A stretch of 51,848 nucleotides of DNA from Oscillospiraceae bacterium (GCA_003516865.1 DPBR01000004.1:11255-63102), one strand, 5' to 3'. Counted from the stretch's first letter, positions 37,540-50,372 are shown. Numbers and translations: made by a program. Notes: a model not told the origin generated them from the sequence alone.

Positions 37540-38801
37540 TATTCAAACTCCCCCGAAATATAGCCCTTGAGAGCGCTTGCCGCAGCGACGGCGGGGCTTG
37601 CAAGATAAACCTCCGAGGTTACATCGCCCATTCTGCCGACAAAGTTGCGGTTTGTTGTGGAAACGGCTCTTTCGTGAGGCGCGAGAATACCCATATGACC
37701 GCCGAGGCAGGGACCGCAGGTCGGCGCGGAAACCACCATTCCCGCTTCAACAAAGATTTCAAGCAAACCGGTTCTGAGCGCGTCAAGGTAAATCTGCTGC
37801 GTTGCGGGAATAACGATTGCGCGGACGCCCTTTGCAACCTTTTTGCCCTTAACGACAGCCGCCGCGATTGCAAGGTCGCTGTATCTGCCGTTTGTACAGG
37901 AACCGATAACAACCTGGTCGATTTTGATTTTAAGCTTCTCCGCTTCGTCAATCGTCTTTGTGTTCTCCGGAAGATGCGGGAAAGAAACGGTCGGCTTGAT
38001 TTCGCTGAGATTAATGTCGATAACGCGGTTATAGTGCGCGTCCTCGTCAGCCTTGAACACTTCGGGAGTACGCGTCGTTCTGCACTTTATGTAATTGAGA
38101 GTAACATCGTCAACCTCGAAAATACCGTTCTTTGCGCCCGCTTCGATTGCCATATTCGCCATACAAAGCCTGTCGTCCATTGAAAGGCTCTTCAGACCCT
38201 CTCCCGTGAACTCCATCGACTGATAAAGCGCGCCGTCAACGCCGATTTTGCCGATAATATGCAGGATAACGTCCTTTCCGCTCACCCACTTGTTAAGCTT
38301 TCCCGTGAGGTTAAACTTGATTGCGGAAGGAACTTTGAACCAAGCTTCGCCAGTCGCCATACCCGCTGCCATATCCGTTGAACCAACGCCTGTTGAAAAA
38401 GCTCCGAGCGCGCCGTATGTACAAGTGTGGCTGTCCGCGCCGATAACGCAGTCGCCCGCGATAACAAGACCTTTTTCGGGAAGCAGAGCGTGCTCTATTC
38501 CGACGTTTCCGACATCGTAGAAGTTCACGATATCATACTTGTCCGCGAAATTGCGGCACTGCTGACATTGAATGGCAGCCTTGATATCCTTGTTAGGCGT
38601 GAAGTGGTCCATAACAAGCGAAATCTTGTTCTTGTCGAAAATATTTGTAAAGCCGTTCTTGTTGAACTCGTTTATTGCAACAGGGCTTGTGATATCGTTT
38701 CCGAGAACCATATCGAGCTTTGCTCTGATAAGCTGTCCCTCGACGACGGAATCAAGTCCCGCATGCTTTGCCAGAATTTTCTGAGTCATTGTCATTCCCA
38801 T
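37539..38801 (-). CDS. leuC: 3-isopropylmalate dehydratase large subunit
   Basis: [42 protein letters not shown]. Confidence 0.95.
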   Translation of the reverse strand: MGMTMTQKILAKHAGLDSVVEGQLIRAKLDMVLGNDITSPVAINEFNKNGFTNIFDKNKISLVMDHFTPNKDIKAAIQCQQCRNFADKYDIVNFYDVGNVGIEHALLPEKGLVIAGDCVIGADSHTCTYGALGAFSTGVGSTDMAAGMATGEAWFKVPSAIKFNLTGKLNKWVSGKDVILHIIGKIGVDGALYQSMEFTGEGLKSLSMDDRLCMANMAIEAGAKNGIFEVDDVTLNYIKCRTTRTPEVFKADEDAHYNRVIDINLSEIKPTVSFPHLPENTKTIDEAEKLKIKIDQVVIGSCTNGRYSDLAIAAAVVKGKKVAKGVRAIVIPATQQIYLDALRTGLLEIFVEAGMVVSAPTCGPCLGGHMGILAPHERAVSTTNRNFVGRMGDVTSEVYLASPAVAAASALKGYISGEFE

Positions 38802-38819
38802 TATTTAATCCTCCTAAAA

Positions 38820-39437
38820 TTAATAATTTACACTCAAATCAGCGTATACTATGCTGATATCGGTAACAATATCATTTTTATCAAAACGAATACCTAAACT
38901 ATGGTCGTTCAGCCTACCGCCAACCTTATTTTCTCCGTTCACTATTCCGTAACGATAATAGTCACAACCATTATAAACAGCCTTTGATACAGGTTCGCCA
39001 TATCTTTTAACCACTTCTTGCTTTGTACTTTTAAACGGAACTAATCCATCTATTGAGCAATCATCTGTTTCTATGGTTAAATTATAGATAATACTTTCCT
39101 TCGGCTTATCGGGAAAAAAGTTTTCCAAAGCGGCAATATACATTTCATTTCCGTTGTAATACATTGTTGCCAAGAACTGATTTTCCCGAAGGTAAACGTC
39201 CTTCTCGTCATATAACTTGTAGCTCCAACCCTCGGGTATTTCGCCGAGTTTAACGGGAATTTCAATCGTTTGCCCCTTTATTACAATTTTTTTGCGAACG
39301 CGTTCGATATCAAACCCATTTTCGTTTGCGCTTTCTGATATTGCCGAAGATTCGTTCTGTACATCGGAACAGCCCGTAAAACCGCATAGTAAAACTGCCG
39401 CAGCAACAAAGCAGATGATATTTTTTATGTTGGTCAT
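38820..39437 (-). CDS. Hypothetical AT-rich lipoprotein
   Basis: Signal peptide ending FTGC; STKQEVVKRYGEP motif; alternative ATG at 39443. Confidence 0.75.
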   Translation of the reverse strand: MTNIKNIICFVAAAVLLCGFTGCSDVQNESSAISESANENGFDIERVRKKIVIKGQTIEIPVKLGEIPEGWSYKLYDEKDVYLRENQFLATMYYNGNEMYIAALENFFPDKPKESIIYNLTIETDDCSIDGLVPFKSTKQEVVKRYGEPVSKAVYNGCDYYRYGIVNGENKVGGRLNDHSLGIRFDKNDIVTDISIVYADLSVNY

Positions 39438-39454
39438 AAGCATTCCTTTCCTAA

Positions 39455-42131
<2,677 letters not shown>

Positions 42132-42151
42132 AATTCACCACTCCCCCGTAA

Positions 42152-42180
42152 ACTATATGCAAAACGGAGGCTCAAAGTGA
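42152..42180 (-). promoter_or_regulatory. Possible mother-cell (sigma-E/K type) promoter for yunB
   Basis: Minus strand TCAC-17-CATATAGT upstream of the RBS. Confidence 0.45.
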
Positions 42181-42205
42181 ATGAATTTGTCCTTTTTTTG
42201 ATAAA

Positions 42206-43615
42206 TTATGCGTCAATAAACGCTTCAAACGCCTTGTAAGCGGCGTAAATATCGGTTTTCGCGGTAATTTCATAAGGCGAATGCATCGAAATAACGGGAA
42301 CTCCAACGTCAATCGTGTCAACGTCAAGATTTGCGATATATTTCGCAACAGTTCCGCCGCCGCCGATATCAACCTTACCCATTTCGCCCGTCTGCCAGAT
42401 TACGCCTCTGCTGTCGAGAAGCATACGGATTTCTCCGACAAACTCCGCGGAAGCGTCGGAAGTGCCGCTCTTTCCTCTCGAACCCGTGAATTTCGTCACG
42501 CAAACGCCGCCGTTAAGCACGCAGGAATTATTCTTCTCGAACGCGTCCGCGAAGGTCGGGTCATAGCACGCATTGACGTCAGCCGAAAGGCACTTTGAAT
42601 TTGCAAAAACATCGCGCGCTCTCGCTCCGAAAATAGCGGCGAGGTCCGCGATGAAGTACTTGAGATACGCGGACTGAAGTCCGGTGTTTCCGTCGGAGCC
42701 GGTTTCTTCCTTATCCGTGAGAATTGCAACGGCGGTTTTCTTCGGCGATTTCGTTTCAAGAACAGCCATAAGCTCAGTGTACGCGCAAACTCTGTCGTCC
42801 TGACCGTAACCGCCCACAAGGCTTCTGTCAAAACCGATATCGCGCGCCTTAAATGCTGGAACGGCTTCAAGCTCCGCCGAAAGAAAATCCGCTTCGGTTA
42901 TGCCGTATTTCTTATTAAGAATACACATAAGATTGAGCTTAACCCTCTCAGAAGCCTCGTCGTCCTTGAACGGGCGCGAACCTATGATAAGATTGAGTTC
43001 CTCGCCTCTGATAAGCTCGGTTGAGGGACGCTTCATCTGTGCCGAAGCAAGATGCGGAAGCAGGTCGGAAACGCAGAAAACGGGGTCGTTTTCGTCCTCG
43101 CCGATATTCACGGTAATTTTCGTTCCGTCAGCCTTGACGATTACTCCGTGAAGCGACATAGGAACGGTTGTCCACTGATATTTCTTTATTCCGCCGTAAT
43201 AATGCGACTTGAAGTAGCCAACCTCGTCCTTTTCAACAAGCGGGCTTTGCTTCATATCAAGCCTCGGCGAGTCGATATGCGCGGCAAGGAGATTTACGCC
43301 GTTTTCAATAGGCTCGGAACCGATTACGGCGAGAATTGCCGCTTTTTCGCGGTTAATGAGGTAAACCTTATCTCCCGCCTTGTACTTCTTTTTCTTATCG
43401 AACTTAACGAAACCCGCTGCTTTTGCCTCGCGCTCGATATAAACCACAGCCTCGCGCTCGGTTTTTGCCGCGTCAAGGAAGCGCTTATACCCCTCGCAGA
43501 ACTTTTCACACTTCTTAATTTCGCTGTCGCTCATTCTGAGAAAAGCGTTTTTTCTCTTCATAAACAGCTTTTCTTTAAGCTCTTTCGCTTCATTTTCGAT
43601 TTCTTTCTTTGACAT
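42206..43615 (-). CDS. M18 family aminopeptidase
   Basis: AHIDSPRLD, YYGGIKKYQW, GQDDR, DKEETGS, SMHSPYE. Confidence 0.92.
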   Translation of the reverse strand: MSKKEIENEAKELKEKLFMKRKNAFLRMSDSEIKKCEKFCEGYKRFLDAAKTEREAVVYIEREAKAAGFVKFDKKKKYKAGDKVYLINREKAAILAVIGSEPIENGVNLLAAHIDSPRLDMKQSPLVEKDEVGYFKSHYYGGIKKYQWTTVPMSLHGVIVKADGTKITVNIGEDENDPVFCVSDLLPHLASAQMKRPSTELIRGEELNLIIGSRPFKDDEASERVKLNLMCILNKKYGITEADFLSAELEAVPAFKARDIGFDRSLVGGYGQDDRVCAYTELMAVLETKSPKKTAVAILTDKEETGSDGNTGLQSAYLKYFIADLAAIFGARARDVFANSKCLSADVNACYDPTFADAFEKNNSCVLNGGVCVTKFTGSRGKSGTSDASAEFVGEIRMLLDSRGVIWQTGEMGKVDIGGGGTVAKYIANLDVDTIDVGVPVISMHSPYEITAKTDIYAAYKAFEAFIDA

Positions 43616-43635
43616 TTCAATCGTCCTTTCATATT

Positions 43636-44217
43636 TTAATCGTTATCATATAGCCGTTTGTATGTTTCAACGGCGTTTTTTATCTTATCGACATAATGCG
43701 CCGTATCCGATGTGGGAATGACGTTAAGATGCTTTCCGTCGGGAGAATAACGCGTGTCAGACAGCCATTCGTTTACAGTGCCTCTTCCTGCGTGATAAGC
43801 CGCCGCGACAGCCTCGATTGTGCCGAATTCCTCGTAAAGATAACCGAGAAGCCAACAGCCGTAATCAATGTTTTTCTGCGCGCTGAACATATCTTCGTAA
43901 ACCGCGTCGTCGTCATCGCGCTTATACTTTATCCAATCGAACGTTTCCTCCATAATCTGCATAAGACCGCGCGCTCCGACGTTTGAAACCGCTTCCGGAC
44001 GGAAGCCGCTCTCGGTCTTGATTACCGCGTAGACAAAATACTTATCCAAACCGTTTTGCGAGGAATAGTACTCGACGTAAGTCTGATATTTAAGCGGGTG
44101 CGTTTCTTCAACGTACTTCCGGTAACCGAAATAAGCGCCCGCACCGAGAAGCGCCGCCGCAATAATCAGCACAATTATAATCAACTGCGTTTTTTTCTTT
44201 TTTTGTCTTTTTACCAT
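43636..44217 (-). CDS. Membrane-anchored lytic transglycosylase (SLT domain)
   Basis: IKTESGF, GARGLMQIM, AAYHAG; conserved coaE-slt pair. Confidence 0.92.
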   Translation of the reverse strand: MVKRQKKKKTQLIIIVLIIAAALLGAGAYFGYRKYVEETHPLKYQTYVEYYSSQNGLDKYFVYAVIKTESGFRPEAVSNVGARGLMQIMEETFDWIKYKRDDDDAVYEDMFSAQKNIDYGCWLLGYLYEEFGTIEAVAAAYHAGRGTVNEWLSDTRYSPDGKHLNVIPTSDTAHYVDKIKNAVETYKRLYDND

Positions 44218-44807
44218 TACTTGCCTTTCAGTTGCTCAATAATCGCCAAAACCTTCTCGCAAAGCTCTCTTTCCGAACCGCCGTTTTCTATGACATAATC
44301 GGAATTTTCCCTGAAAAACAAGGCGTCATGCTGCGAAGAAAGCCGCTCTTTCGCCTTTTCGAGGGAAATTCCGTCGCGCTTTGATATTCTCTCGGCGCAA
44401 AGCTTCACATCAGCGATAACGCTTATAATATCCGTGCAAAGCGCGTCAATTCCCGCTTCAAACAGCGTCGGAGCGTCCAAAAGCACATCTCCCGCGGCAA
44501 ACTCGATTTTTCTCATAATATCATAAGTAATATACGGAAAAATTATACCGCAATATTCCAAATATTTTGTCCTGTCGCCGTAAATCATTGAAGCCGTTTT
44601 CGCGCGGTTAAGCGAACCGTCCTCATTCAGCAGCTTTTCGCCGAAACGCTCGGAAATCTCGCCGAGAAACGCTCTTTTTCCCGCAATTTCACGCGCGCAG
44701 CCATCGCAGTCTATTACCGTAAAACCGTTTTTTTCAAAAATCGCACGGACGGTTGATTTTCCCGCGCCGCTTTGTCCTGTAAGACCGATTATTCTGTTAT
44801 TTTGCAT
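44217..44807 (-). CDS. coaE: Dephospho-CoA kinase
   Basis: IIGLTGQSGAGKSTV, DGSLNR, LDAPTLFE, RISKRD. Confidence 0.93.
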   Translation of the reverse strand: MQNNRIIGLTGQSGAGKSTVRAIFEKNGFTVIDCDGCAREIAGKRAFLGEISERFGEKLLNEDGSLNRAKTASMIYGDRTKYLEYCGIIFPYITYDIMRKIEFAAGDVLLDAPTLFEAGIDALCTDIISVIADVKLCAERISKRDGISLEKAKERLSSQHDALFFRENSDYVIENGGSERELCEKVLAIIEQLKGK

Positions 44808-44817
44808 AATATTCACA

Positions 44818-45813
44818 TCATTCAACGCCGATTATCTTAAATCCCGCCGCCCTGAGCAAGCGGTTGTAAACCGCAAGTCCAACGCCTTCCTTTGACGGCA
44901 TTTCAACAAGAACTTTTTCCGCGCCCTTTTCGTCCGATAATCTCAGCAGCGAAAAAAGCCTGCGTGCCTGTATCTCCGAGGTTTCGCCGTAATTAAGGAA
45001 GCCCGCGCGCTCGCCGCAGGACAAAAACAGCGTTTTCTCATTGCCGTTTTTCAGGCAGTATTCCGCGAATTTATCTCCGTGAGCGTCAATAATGAAAACC
45101 TCGGCTTTCGGCGAGTAGTGCTTATACTTCATTCCCGGAGAAATCACCTTTTCATCGGGCGCGGGCGCAGCTTCAACAGCCTTGTCAACCTCGACTTCTC
45201 CGAACTCCGCCAACATTTCCTTTGTAACTCCGCCCGGACGAAGAATATGTATTTTACCGTCCTTGAAGCAGATTACCGTGCTTTCAACGCCGACAGAACA
45301 CTCTCCGCCGTCTATAATCAGAGGAATTTTTCCGTTCATATCCTCAAAAACGTGCTCCGCCGAAGTCGGACTAGGCTTACCCGAAGTGTTTGCGGAGGGC
45401 GCAGCCAGCGGAAACCCGCATTTCTCGATAATCGCCCTCGCCGCCTTGTTTTCGGGCATTCTCACCGCAGCCGTTGACAAACCGCCGCTTGTAACGTCGG
45501 GAACCGCGCTTGTTTTATTGAATATCATAGTTAACGGTCCCGGCCAGAAACGCTCTGCGAGTCTTTTTGCAAGTTCGGGAATATCAGTCACAAGCGGATT
45601 TATCATCTCGATTTTGCTTATATGAACAATAAGTGGGTTATCCTGAGGTCTGCCTTTTGCGGTAAAAATGCTGCGAACCGCGTTTTCATCAAGCGCGTTC
45701 GCCGCAAGCCCATACACCGTTTCTGTCGGAATAGCGACAATTCCTCCGTTTTTCAGTATATCAGCCGCTTTTTTTGCGCTCTCCTCCGAGTATTCCAAGA
45801 CCTCTGTTTTCAT
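44818..45813 (-). CDS. sua5: Threonylcarbamoyl-AMP synthase, Sua5 type
   Basis: PTETVYGL, KGRPQDNPLIVH, APSANTSG, SPGMKYKHYSP. Confidence 0.95.
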   Translation of the reverse strand: MKTEVLEYSEESAKKAADILKNGGIVAIPTETVYGLAANALDENAVRSIFTAKGRPQDNPLIVHISKIEMINPLVTDIPELAKRLAERFWPGPLTMIFNKTSAVPDVTSGGLSTAAVRMPENKAARAIIEKCGFPLAAPSANTSGKPSPTSAEHVFEDMNGKIPLIIDGGECSVGVESTVICFKDGKIHILRPGGVTKEMLAEFGEVEVDKAVEAAPAPDEKVISPGMKYKHYSPKAEVFIIDAHGDKFAEYCLKNGNEKTLFLSCGERAGFLNYGETSEIQARRLFSLLRLSDEKGAEKVLVEMPSKEGVGLAVYNRLLRAAGFKIIGVE

Positions 45814-45827
45814 CTTTTCACCTTATT

Positions 45828-46904
45828 TCAACGATTATCGCTTTTAGCAAGCAGCGCCGTTCTTTCAGCAAGCCTCAGCGCTTCAAAAACCTCGTCGCAG
45901 CCGCCGTTCATCATCTCGTCAAGCTTGTAGAGCGTAAGTCCTATTCTATGGTCGGTCACGCGCGACTGCGGAAAATTATACGTTCTGATGCGCTCGGAGC
46001 GGTCGCCCGTACCGACTTGTCCACGCCGTTCCTCGGCAATCGCGCTGTCGCGGGCGGTTTTCTCCGCTTCGTAAAGCTTGCTGTACAGCATTTTCAGCGC
46101 TTTTTCCTTGTTTTTCATCTGCGAACGCTCTTCCTGACATTCAACAACAACTCCCGACGGGTGATGAATAATTCGCACGGCGCTTTCGGTTTTGTTGATA
46201 TGCTGACCTCCCGCGCCGCTTGAACGAAACGTCTGAACGGTGAGGTCAGCGGGATTAATATTTACATCGACGTCCTCGACTTCCGGCAGAACCGCCACGG
46301 TAACCGTCGAGGTCTGTATGCGCCCCTGCGACTCCGTTTCGGGAACGCGCTGAACGCGATGAACGCCGCTTTCGTACTTCAGTTTGGCGTAAACTCCCTC
46401 GCCCTCAACCCCGAACGAAATCTCACGATAACCGCCAAGTTCGGTCGGATTTGCGCTCATAACGTCTATTTTCCAACCCTGACGCGCCGCATACATCGAG
46501 TACATTCTGAACATCGAATTTGCGAAAAGAGCCGCTTCTTCGCCTCCCGCGCCCGCTCGTATTTCCATAATAACGCTCTTGTCGTCGTCGGGGTCGCGCG
46601 GGAGAAGAAGAATTTTGAGTTCCTCGCCGCATTTTTCCATAAGAGCTTTATTTTCGGTGAAATCGTTTTCGGCAAGCTCGCGCAGTTCTTCGTCCGAACC
46701 CGCCTCGTCAAGAAGATTTTTCGCCTCTTTGCAGTTTTTTTCAGCTTTTTTGTACTGATTATACATATCGACAATCGGCGTAAGACTTTTGTATTCTTTC
46801 ATCAGCGAAGCGTAAAGCGTATTGTCCGCGGCAACTTTCGGGTCGGACAGCTTCGCGCTTATCTCGTCGTATCGCGCCGTTATCATTTGCAGTTTTTCAC
46901 GCAT
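45828..46904 (-). CDS. prfA: Peptide chain release factor 1
   Basis: HRVQRVPETE (PxT), GAGGQHIN, RSERIRTYNFPQ. Confidence 0.97.
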   Translation of the reverse strand: MREKLQMITARYDEISAKLSDPKVAADNTLYASLMKEYKSLTPIVDMYNQYKKAEKNCKEAKNLLDEAGSDEELRELAENDFTENKALMEKCGEELKILLLPRDPDDDKSVIMEIRAGAGGEEAALFANSMFRMYSMYAARQGWKIDVMSANPTELGGYREISFGVEGEGVYAKLKYESGVHRVQRVPETESQGRIQTSTVTVAVLPEVEDVDVNINPADLTVQTFRSSGAGGQHINKTESAVRIIHHPSGVVVECQEERSQMKNKEKALKMLYSKLYEAEKTARDSAIAEERRGQVGTGDRSERIRTYNFPQSRVTDHRIGLTLYKLDEMMNGGCDEVFEALRLAERTALLAKSDNR

Positions 46905-46905
46905 T

Positions 46906-47109
46906 CTATTTCTCCGTTTGTTGATTTTCGCATCGGATTACAGATTTAATGTTTTTCTCGCACTTTGAGCGCGGCGTCATCACAACTCTCCCGCAGCCCA
47001 CGCAGCTAAGCCTGAAATCAGCTCCCGCGCGCAGCACCTTCATTTTATCGCTTCCGCAGACAGGGTGATTTTTCTTCATAATAAGTACATCGCCGACTTT
47101 TATATCCAT
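46906..47109 (-). CDS. DUF951 family protein
   Basis: VGDVLIMKKNHPVCGS...RAGADFRLSCVGCG; GGAGG RBS. Confidence 0.88.
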   Translation of the reverse strand: MDIKVGDVLIMKKNHPVCGSDKMKVLRAGADFRLSCVGCGRVVMTPRSKCEKNIKSVIRCENQQTEK

Positions 47110-47152
47110 CGCTTCAACCTCCGATTAATTCAACAATGCACATATATTGTAT

Positions 47153-47181
47153 ATTATATCACTTTTTAACATACTTTTCAA
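47153..47181 (-). promoter_or_regulatory. Sigma-A promoter for the DUF951-prfA run
   Basis: TTGAAA-17-TATAAT with extended TG. Confidence 0.7.
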
Positions 47182-47240
47182 GAGCGAAACAGAATTTTTC
47201 ATATTTTTGCAAAAAAAATATAAATATTTTCAAAAAACAC

Positions 47241-47269
47241 TTGACAAAATATATTTAATCTGTTATAAT
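47241..47269 (+). promoter_or_regulatory. Consensus sigma-A promoter for the tRNAs
   Basis: TTGACA-17-TATAAT, extended TG, A-rich upstream tract. Confidence 0.88.
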
Positions 47270-47286
47270 ATTAGCGTTGCAGTTAT

Positions 47287-47362
47287 GATCCACTAGCTCA
47301 GGCGGTAGAGCACCTGACTTTTAATCAGGGTGTCCCGGGTTCGATTCCCGGGTGGATCACCA
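47287..47362 (+). tRNA. tRNA-Lys (anticodon TTT)
   Basis: Acceptor GATCCAC/GTGGATC, anticodon arm CCTGA-CTTTTAA-TCAGG, TTCGATT loop, encoded CCA. Confidence 0.97.
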
Positions 47363-47370
47363 ACATACCG

Positions 47371-47407
47371 CCGAATCCTTGATTTATGAGGATTCGGGGT
47401 TTGTTTT
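47371..47407 (+). terminator. Hairpin between the tRNAs (terminator or processing signal)
   Basis: CCGAATCCT-N9-AGGATTCGG then GGTTTGTTTT. Confidence 0.5.
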
Positions 47408-47436
47408 ATAGAACGATATTACAAGTAGGCTAATAA

Positions 47437-47513
47437 GCGCCCGTAGCTCAGCTGGATAGAGCAATAGCCTCCGACGCTATGTGTCGTGCGTTCGAATCGC
47501 ATCGGGCGTACCA
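47437..47513 (+). tRNA. tRNA-Arg (anticodon CCG)
   Basis: Acceptor GCGCCCG/CGGGCGT, A20 in D loop, ATAGC-CTCCGAC-GCTAT, encoded CCA. Confidence 0.95.
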
Positions 47514-47522
47514 AAACGATTT

Positions 47523-47547
47523 CGGAGAGCTGTGGCTCTCCGTTTTT
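47523..47547 (+). terminator. Intrinsic terminator after tRNA-Arg
   Basis: CGGAGAGC-TGTG-GCTCTCCG-TTTTT. Confidence 0.88.
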
Positions 47548-47604
47548 CGTAATTGACGAACGTTTGATATCATGCTGAAGAAAAATAATATGGGAGTGTC
47601 GGTT

Positions 47605-48303
47605 ATGTCTGAAAAATCCGAGCTTCACAGCGGACACAGAAAGCGTATGCTTGAGAAATTCCTCACAAAAGGCATTGATTGCTTTGAGGAACACGAGATT
47701 CTTGAAATACTTCTGTTCTCGATTTTTACAAGATGCAATACCAACGAAATAAGTCACAGGCTGATTGACAAGTTTGGTTCTTTGACAAACGTTCTGAGCG
47801 CGTCAAAAAACGATTTGATGACTGTAAGCGGTGTTGGCGAAAATGCCGCCGCTTATATTTGTTTTCTGGGAGATTTTTTCAATAAGTACCGAACCGAGTC
47901 AGCCGAAAAGCGCAAGCGGCTCAATTCTCCCGAAAAGCTTGCAGAATACGCGAAAACGCTGTTCACAAATTCAGCGGAAGAAACGACTTATATTGTACTT
48001 CTGGACAGGTCGCTGTGCCTAATCGGTTCGGAAAAAATTTCAGGCGGCTCGCCCGATTTTTCGGGTATCGCTCCGAAAAATATTGTAAAAGCGGCTCTCG
48101 GTAAGAAAAGCGCTAATATTGTTCTTGTTCACAATCACCCAGACGGCGCGGCAAGCTTTTCCTCGGCTGATATTTCCGCGACAAGACACTTGATTAATCT
48201 TCTCAGAGAGATTGATATTGAGCTTAACGACCACATCGTTATCTCCGGAGAAACTGTCTGTTCCATGCGTTCGCTTGGCTTTTTCAATGAATACTGGGGA
48301 TAA
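47605..48303 (+). CDS. radC: RadC family protein (HhH + JAB)
   Basis: HSGHRKRM, HEILEILL, VSGVGEN, HNHPDG...S..D, LNDHIVI. Confidence 0.9.
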   Translation: MSEKSELHSGHRKRMLEKFLTKGIDCFEEHEILEILLFSIFTRCNTNEISHRLIDKFGSLTNVLSASKNDLMTVSGVGENAAAYICFLGDFFNKYRTESAEKRKRLNSPEKLAEYAKTLFTNSAEETTYIVLLDRSLCLIGSEKISGGSPDFSGIAPKNIVKAALGKKSANIVLVHNHPDGAASFSSADISATRHLINLLREIDIELNDHIVISGETVCSMRSLGFFNEYWG

Positions 48304-48319
48304 AATTCAAAAGTTCATA

Positions 48320-48366
48320 TTGACAAAATGCTCGTTCGCTTGTATAATACAAGTGAACGAGTTTTG
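48320..48366 (+). promoter_or_regulatory. uvrBA sigma-A promoter with palindrome and LexA-like half-sites
   Basis: TTGACA(48320)-17-TATAAT(48343); IR CTCGTTCGCTTGTAT-A-ATACAAGTGAACGAG. Confidence 0.8.
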
Positions 48367-48381
48367 CAATGAGGTGATTTT

Positions 48382-50349
48382 ATGGAAAAATTTGAGCTTC
48401 ACTCGGAATATAAGGCTACCGGCGACCAACCGGAGGCTATCGCGGCGCTGTCGGAAGGTATTCTGCGCGGAGATAAGGAACAGACGCTTCTCGGAGTTAC
48501 GGGTTCGGGAAAAACTTTTACTATGGCGAATATTATCGCGAACGTAAACAAGCCGACGCTTGTTCTCGCACACAACAAAACGCTTGCCGCGCAGCTCTGC
48601 TCGGAATTCCGCGAGTTTTTTCCGAAAAATGCGGTTGAGTTTTTCGTAAGCTACTATGATTATTACCAGCCCGAAGCTTATATTCCGTCAACAGACGCTT
48701 ATATTGAAAAGGACAGCTCGATTAACGATGAAATCGACCGCCTGCGCCACTCCGCGACAGCTTCGCTTGCGGAACGCCGTGATGTTATTATAGTAGCAAG
48801 CGTTTCTTGCATTTATTCTCTCGGTTCGCCCGAAGATTACCGCGCAAATTCTCTTTCAATACGTCAGGGTATGGAAGCGTCGCGCGAAGATATAATAAAG
48901 AAGCTTGTGGATATGCAGTACGAACGCAACGAGCTTAATTTTACGCGTAATAAATTCCGCGTAAAGGGCGATACTCTCGAGATATTCCCCGCGGGAAGCA
49001 CGAACGAAACCGCAATCAGAATTGAGTTTTTCGGCGATGAAATCGAAAGAATTTCACAGTTCGAGGTTGTCACGGGAAACACAAAGGCAACTCTTCTCTA
49101 CGAAATCATCTTCCCCGCGTCACATTATATTATAGCGCAGGACAAGCGTGAGGACGCGCTCGCGGAGCTTGAAAAGGAGCTTGAGGAACGCGTTAAGTTC
49201 TTCAAGGACAACAACAAGCTTATCGAAGCGCAAAGAATTGACCAGCGAACGAGATATGATATTGAAATGCTGCGGGAAATCGGCATCTGCAAGGGCATTG
49301 AGAACTACTCCCGCGTTCTCGCAAGACGTCCTCCGGGAAGCACTCCGATAACGCTCCTCGACCACTTCCCCGATGATTTTCTGCTTATGGTTGACGAGAG
49401 CCACGTCACGCTGCCGCAAATCCGCGGTATGTACGGCGGCGACGTTGCAAGAAAGAAAAATCTCGTTGATTACGGGTTCAGGCTTCCCTGCGCTTACGAC
49501 AACAGACCGCTTAACTTTGACGAATTTTATGACAAGCTCAATCAAGTTGTGTTCGTTTCAGCGACTCCCGGCGAGTTTGAGCGCGAGAAATCAACGCAGA
49601 TTGTCGAGCAGATTATCCGACCGACGGGACTTCTCGACCCCGAAATCACCGTAAAGCCAACCGAGGGTCAGATTGAGGACTTGATTTCCGAGATTAACGT
49701 AAGAACCGCGAAAAATCAGCGTGTTCTCGTGACGACGCTCACGAAAAAAATGGCTGAGGACCTCACGGCTTACCTCGAAAAAGCGGGTATAAAAGTGCGC
49801 TATATGCACCACGATATTGATACTATGGAACGTATGGAGATAATCCGCGACCTTCGCGGCGGCGAATTTGACGTTCTTGTTGGGATTAACCTGCTGCGCG
49901 AGGGTTTGGATATACCCGAAGTTTCGCTTGTGGCAATACTTGACGCGGATAAAGAAGGCTTCCTGCGCTCCGAAACGTCCCTTGTACAGACAATAGGACG
50001 CGCCGCGAGAAACGCCGAGGGCGCGGTTATTATGTACGCGGACGTTGTTACGAAGTCAATGGAAACGGCGATTACAGAAACTCAGCGCCGCCGTGAAATT
50101 CAGCAGAAATACAACGAAGAACACGGGATTATCCCCAAAACTATCGTGAAAGAGATACGCGACGTTCTCGAACTCACGAAGAAAGAAAGCAAAAAATCCA
50201 AAAACAGCGATTATAAGAAGCTTCCGCGCCGTGAACGCGAGCAGCTTATCGCGCGTTATACAGCCGAGATGAAAAAGGCGGCAAAACTCCTCGATTTCGA
50301 GCATGCGGCGTTTTTGCGCGATAAAATCAAGGAAATCAGCGGCGAATAA
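48382..50349 (+). CDS. uvrB: Excinuclease ABC subunit B
   Basis: [38 protein letters not shown]-terminal UVR domain. Confidence 0.98.
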   Translation: MEKFELHSEYKATGDQPEAIAALSEGILRGDKEQTLLGVTGSGKTFTMANIIANVNKPTLVLAHNKTLAAQLCSEFREFFPKNAVEFFVSYYDYYQPEAYIPSTDAYIEKDSSINDEIDRLRHSATASLAERRDVIIVASVSCIYSLGSPEDYRANSLSIRQGMEASREDIIKKLVDMQYERNELNFTRNKFRVKGDTLEIFPAGSTNETAIRIEFFGDEIERISQFEVVTGNTKATLLYEIIFPASHYIIAQDKREDALAELEKELEERVKFFKDNNKLIEAQRIDQRTRYDIEMLREIGICKGIENYSRVLARRPPGSTPITLLDHFPDDFLLMVDESHVTLPQIRGMYGGDVARKKNLVDYGFRLPCAYDNRPLNFDEFYDKLNQVVFVSATPGEFEREKSTQIVEQIIRPTGLLDPEITVKPTEGQIEDLISEINVRTAKNQRVLVTTLTKKMAEDLTAYLEKAGIKVRYMHHDIDTMERMEIIRDLRGGEFDVLVGINLLREGLDIPEVSLVAILDADKEGFLRSETSLVQTIGRAARNAEGAVIMYADVVTKSMETAITETQRRREIQQKYNEEHGIIPKTIVKEIRDVLELTKKESKKSKNSDYKKLPRREREQLIARYTAEMKKAAKLLDFEHAAFLRDKIKEISGE

Positions 50350-50372
50350 CGCGTTTACAGGAAAGGTTTACT

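Noticed and set aside
47287..48303. tRNA pair plus radC as the edge of an integrated element
   Set aside because: No integrase and no duplicated tRNA 3' end; radC is the full-length chromosomal type and is followed by uvrBA
47437..49275. Possible CGG codon reassignment, as reported for some Clostridia and Bacilli
   Set aside because: The tRNA keeps the Arg identity element A20, and the in-frame CGG in uvrB (49273-49275, EMLREIG) falls at a normally basic position
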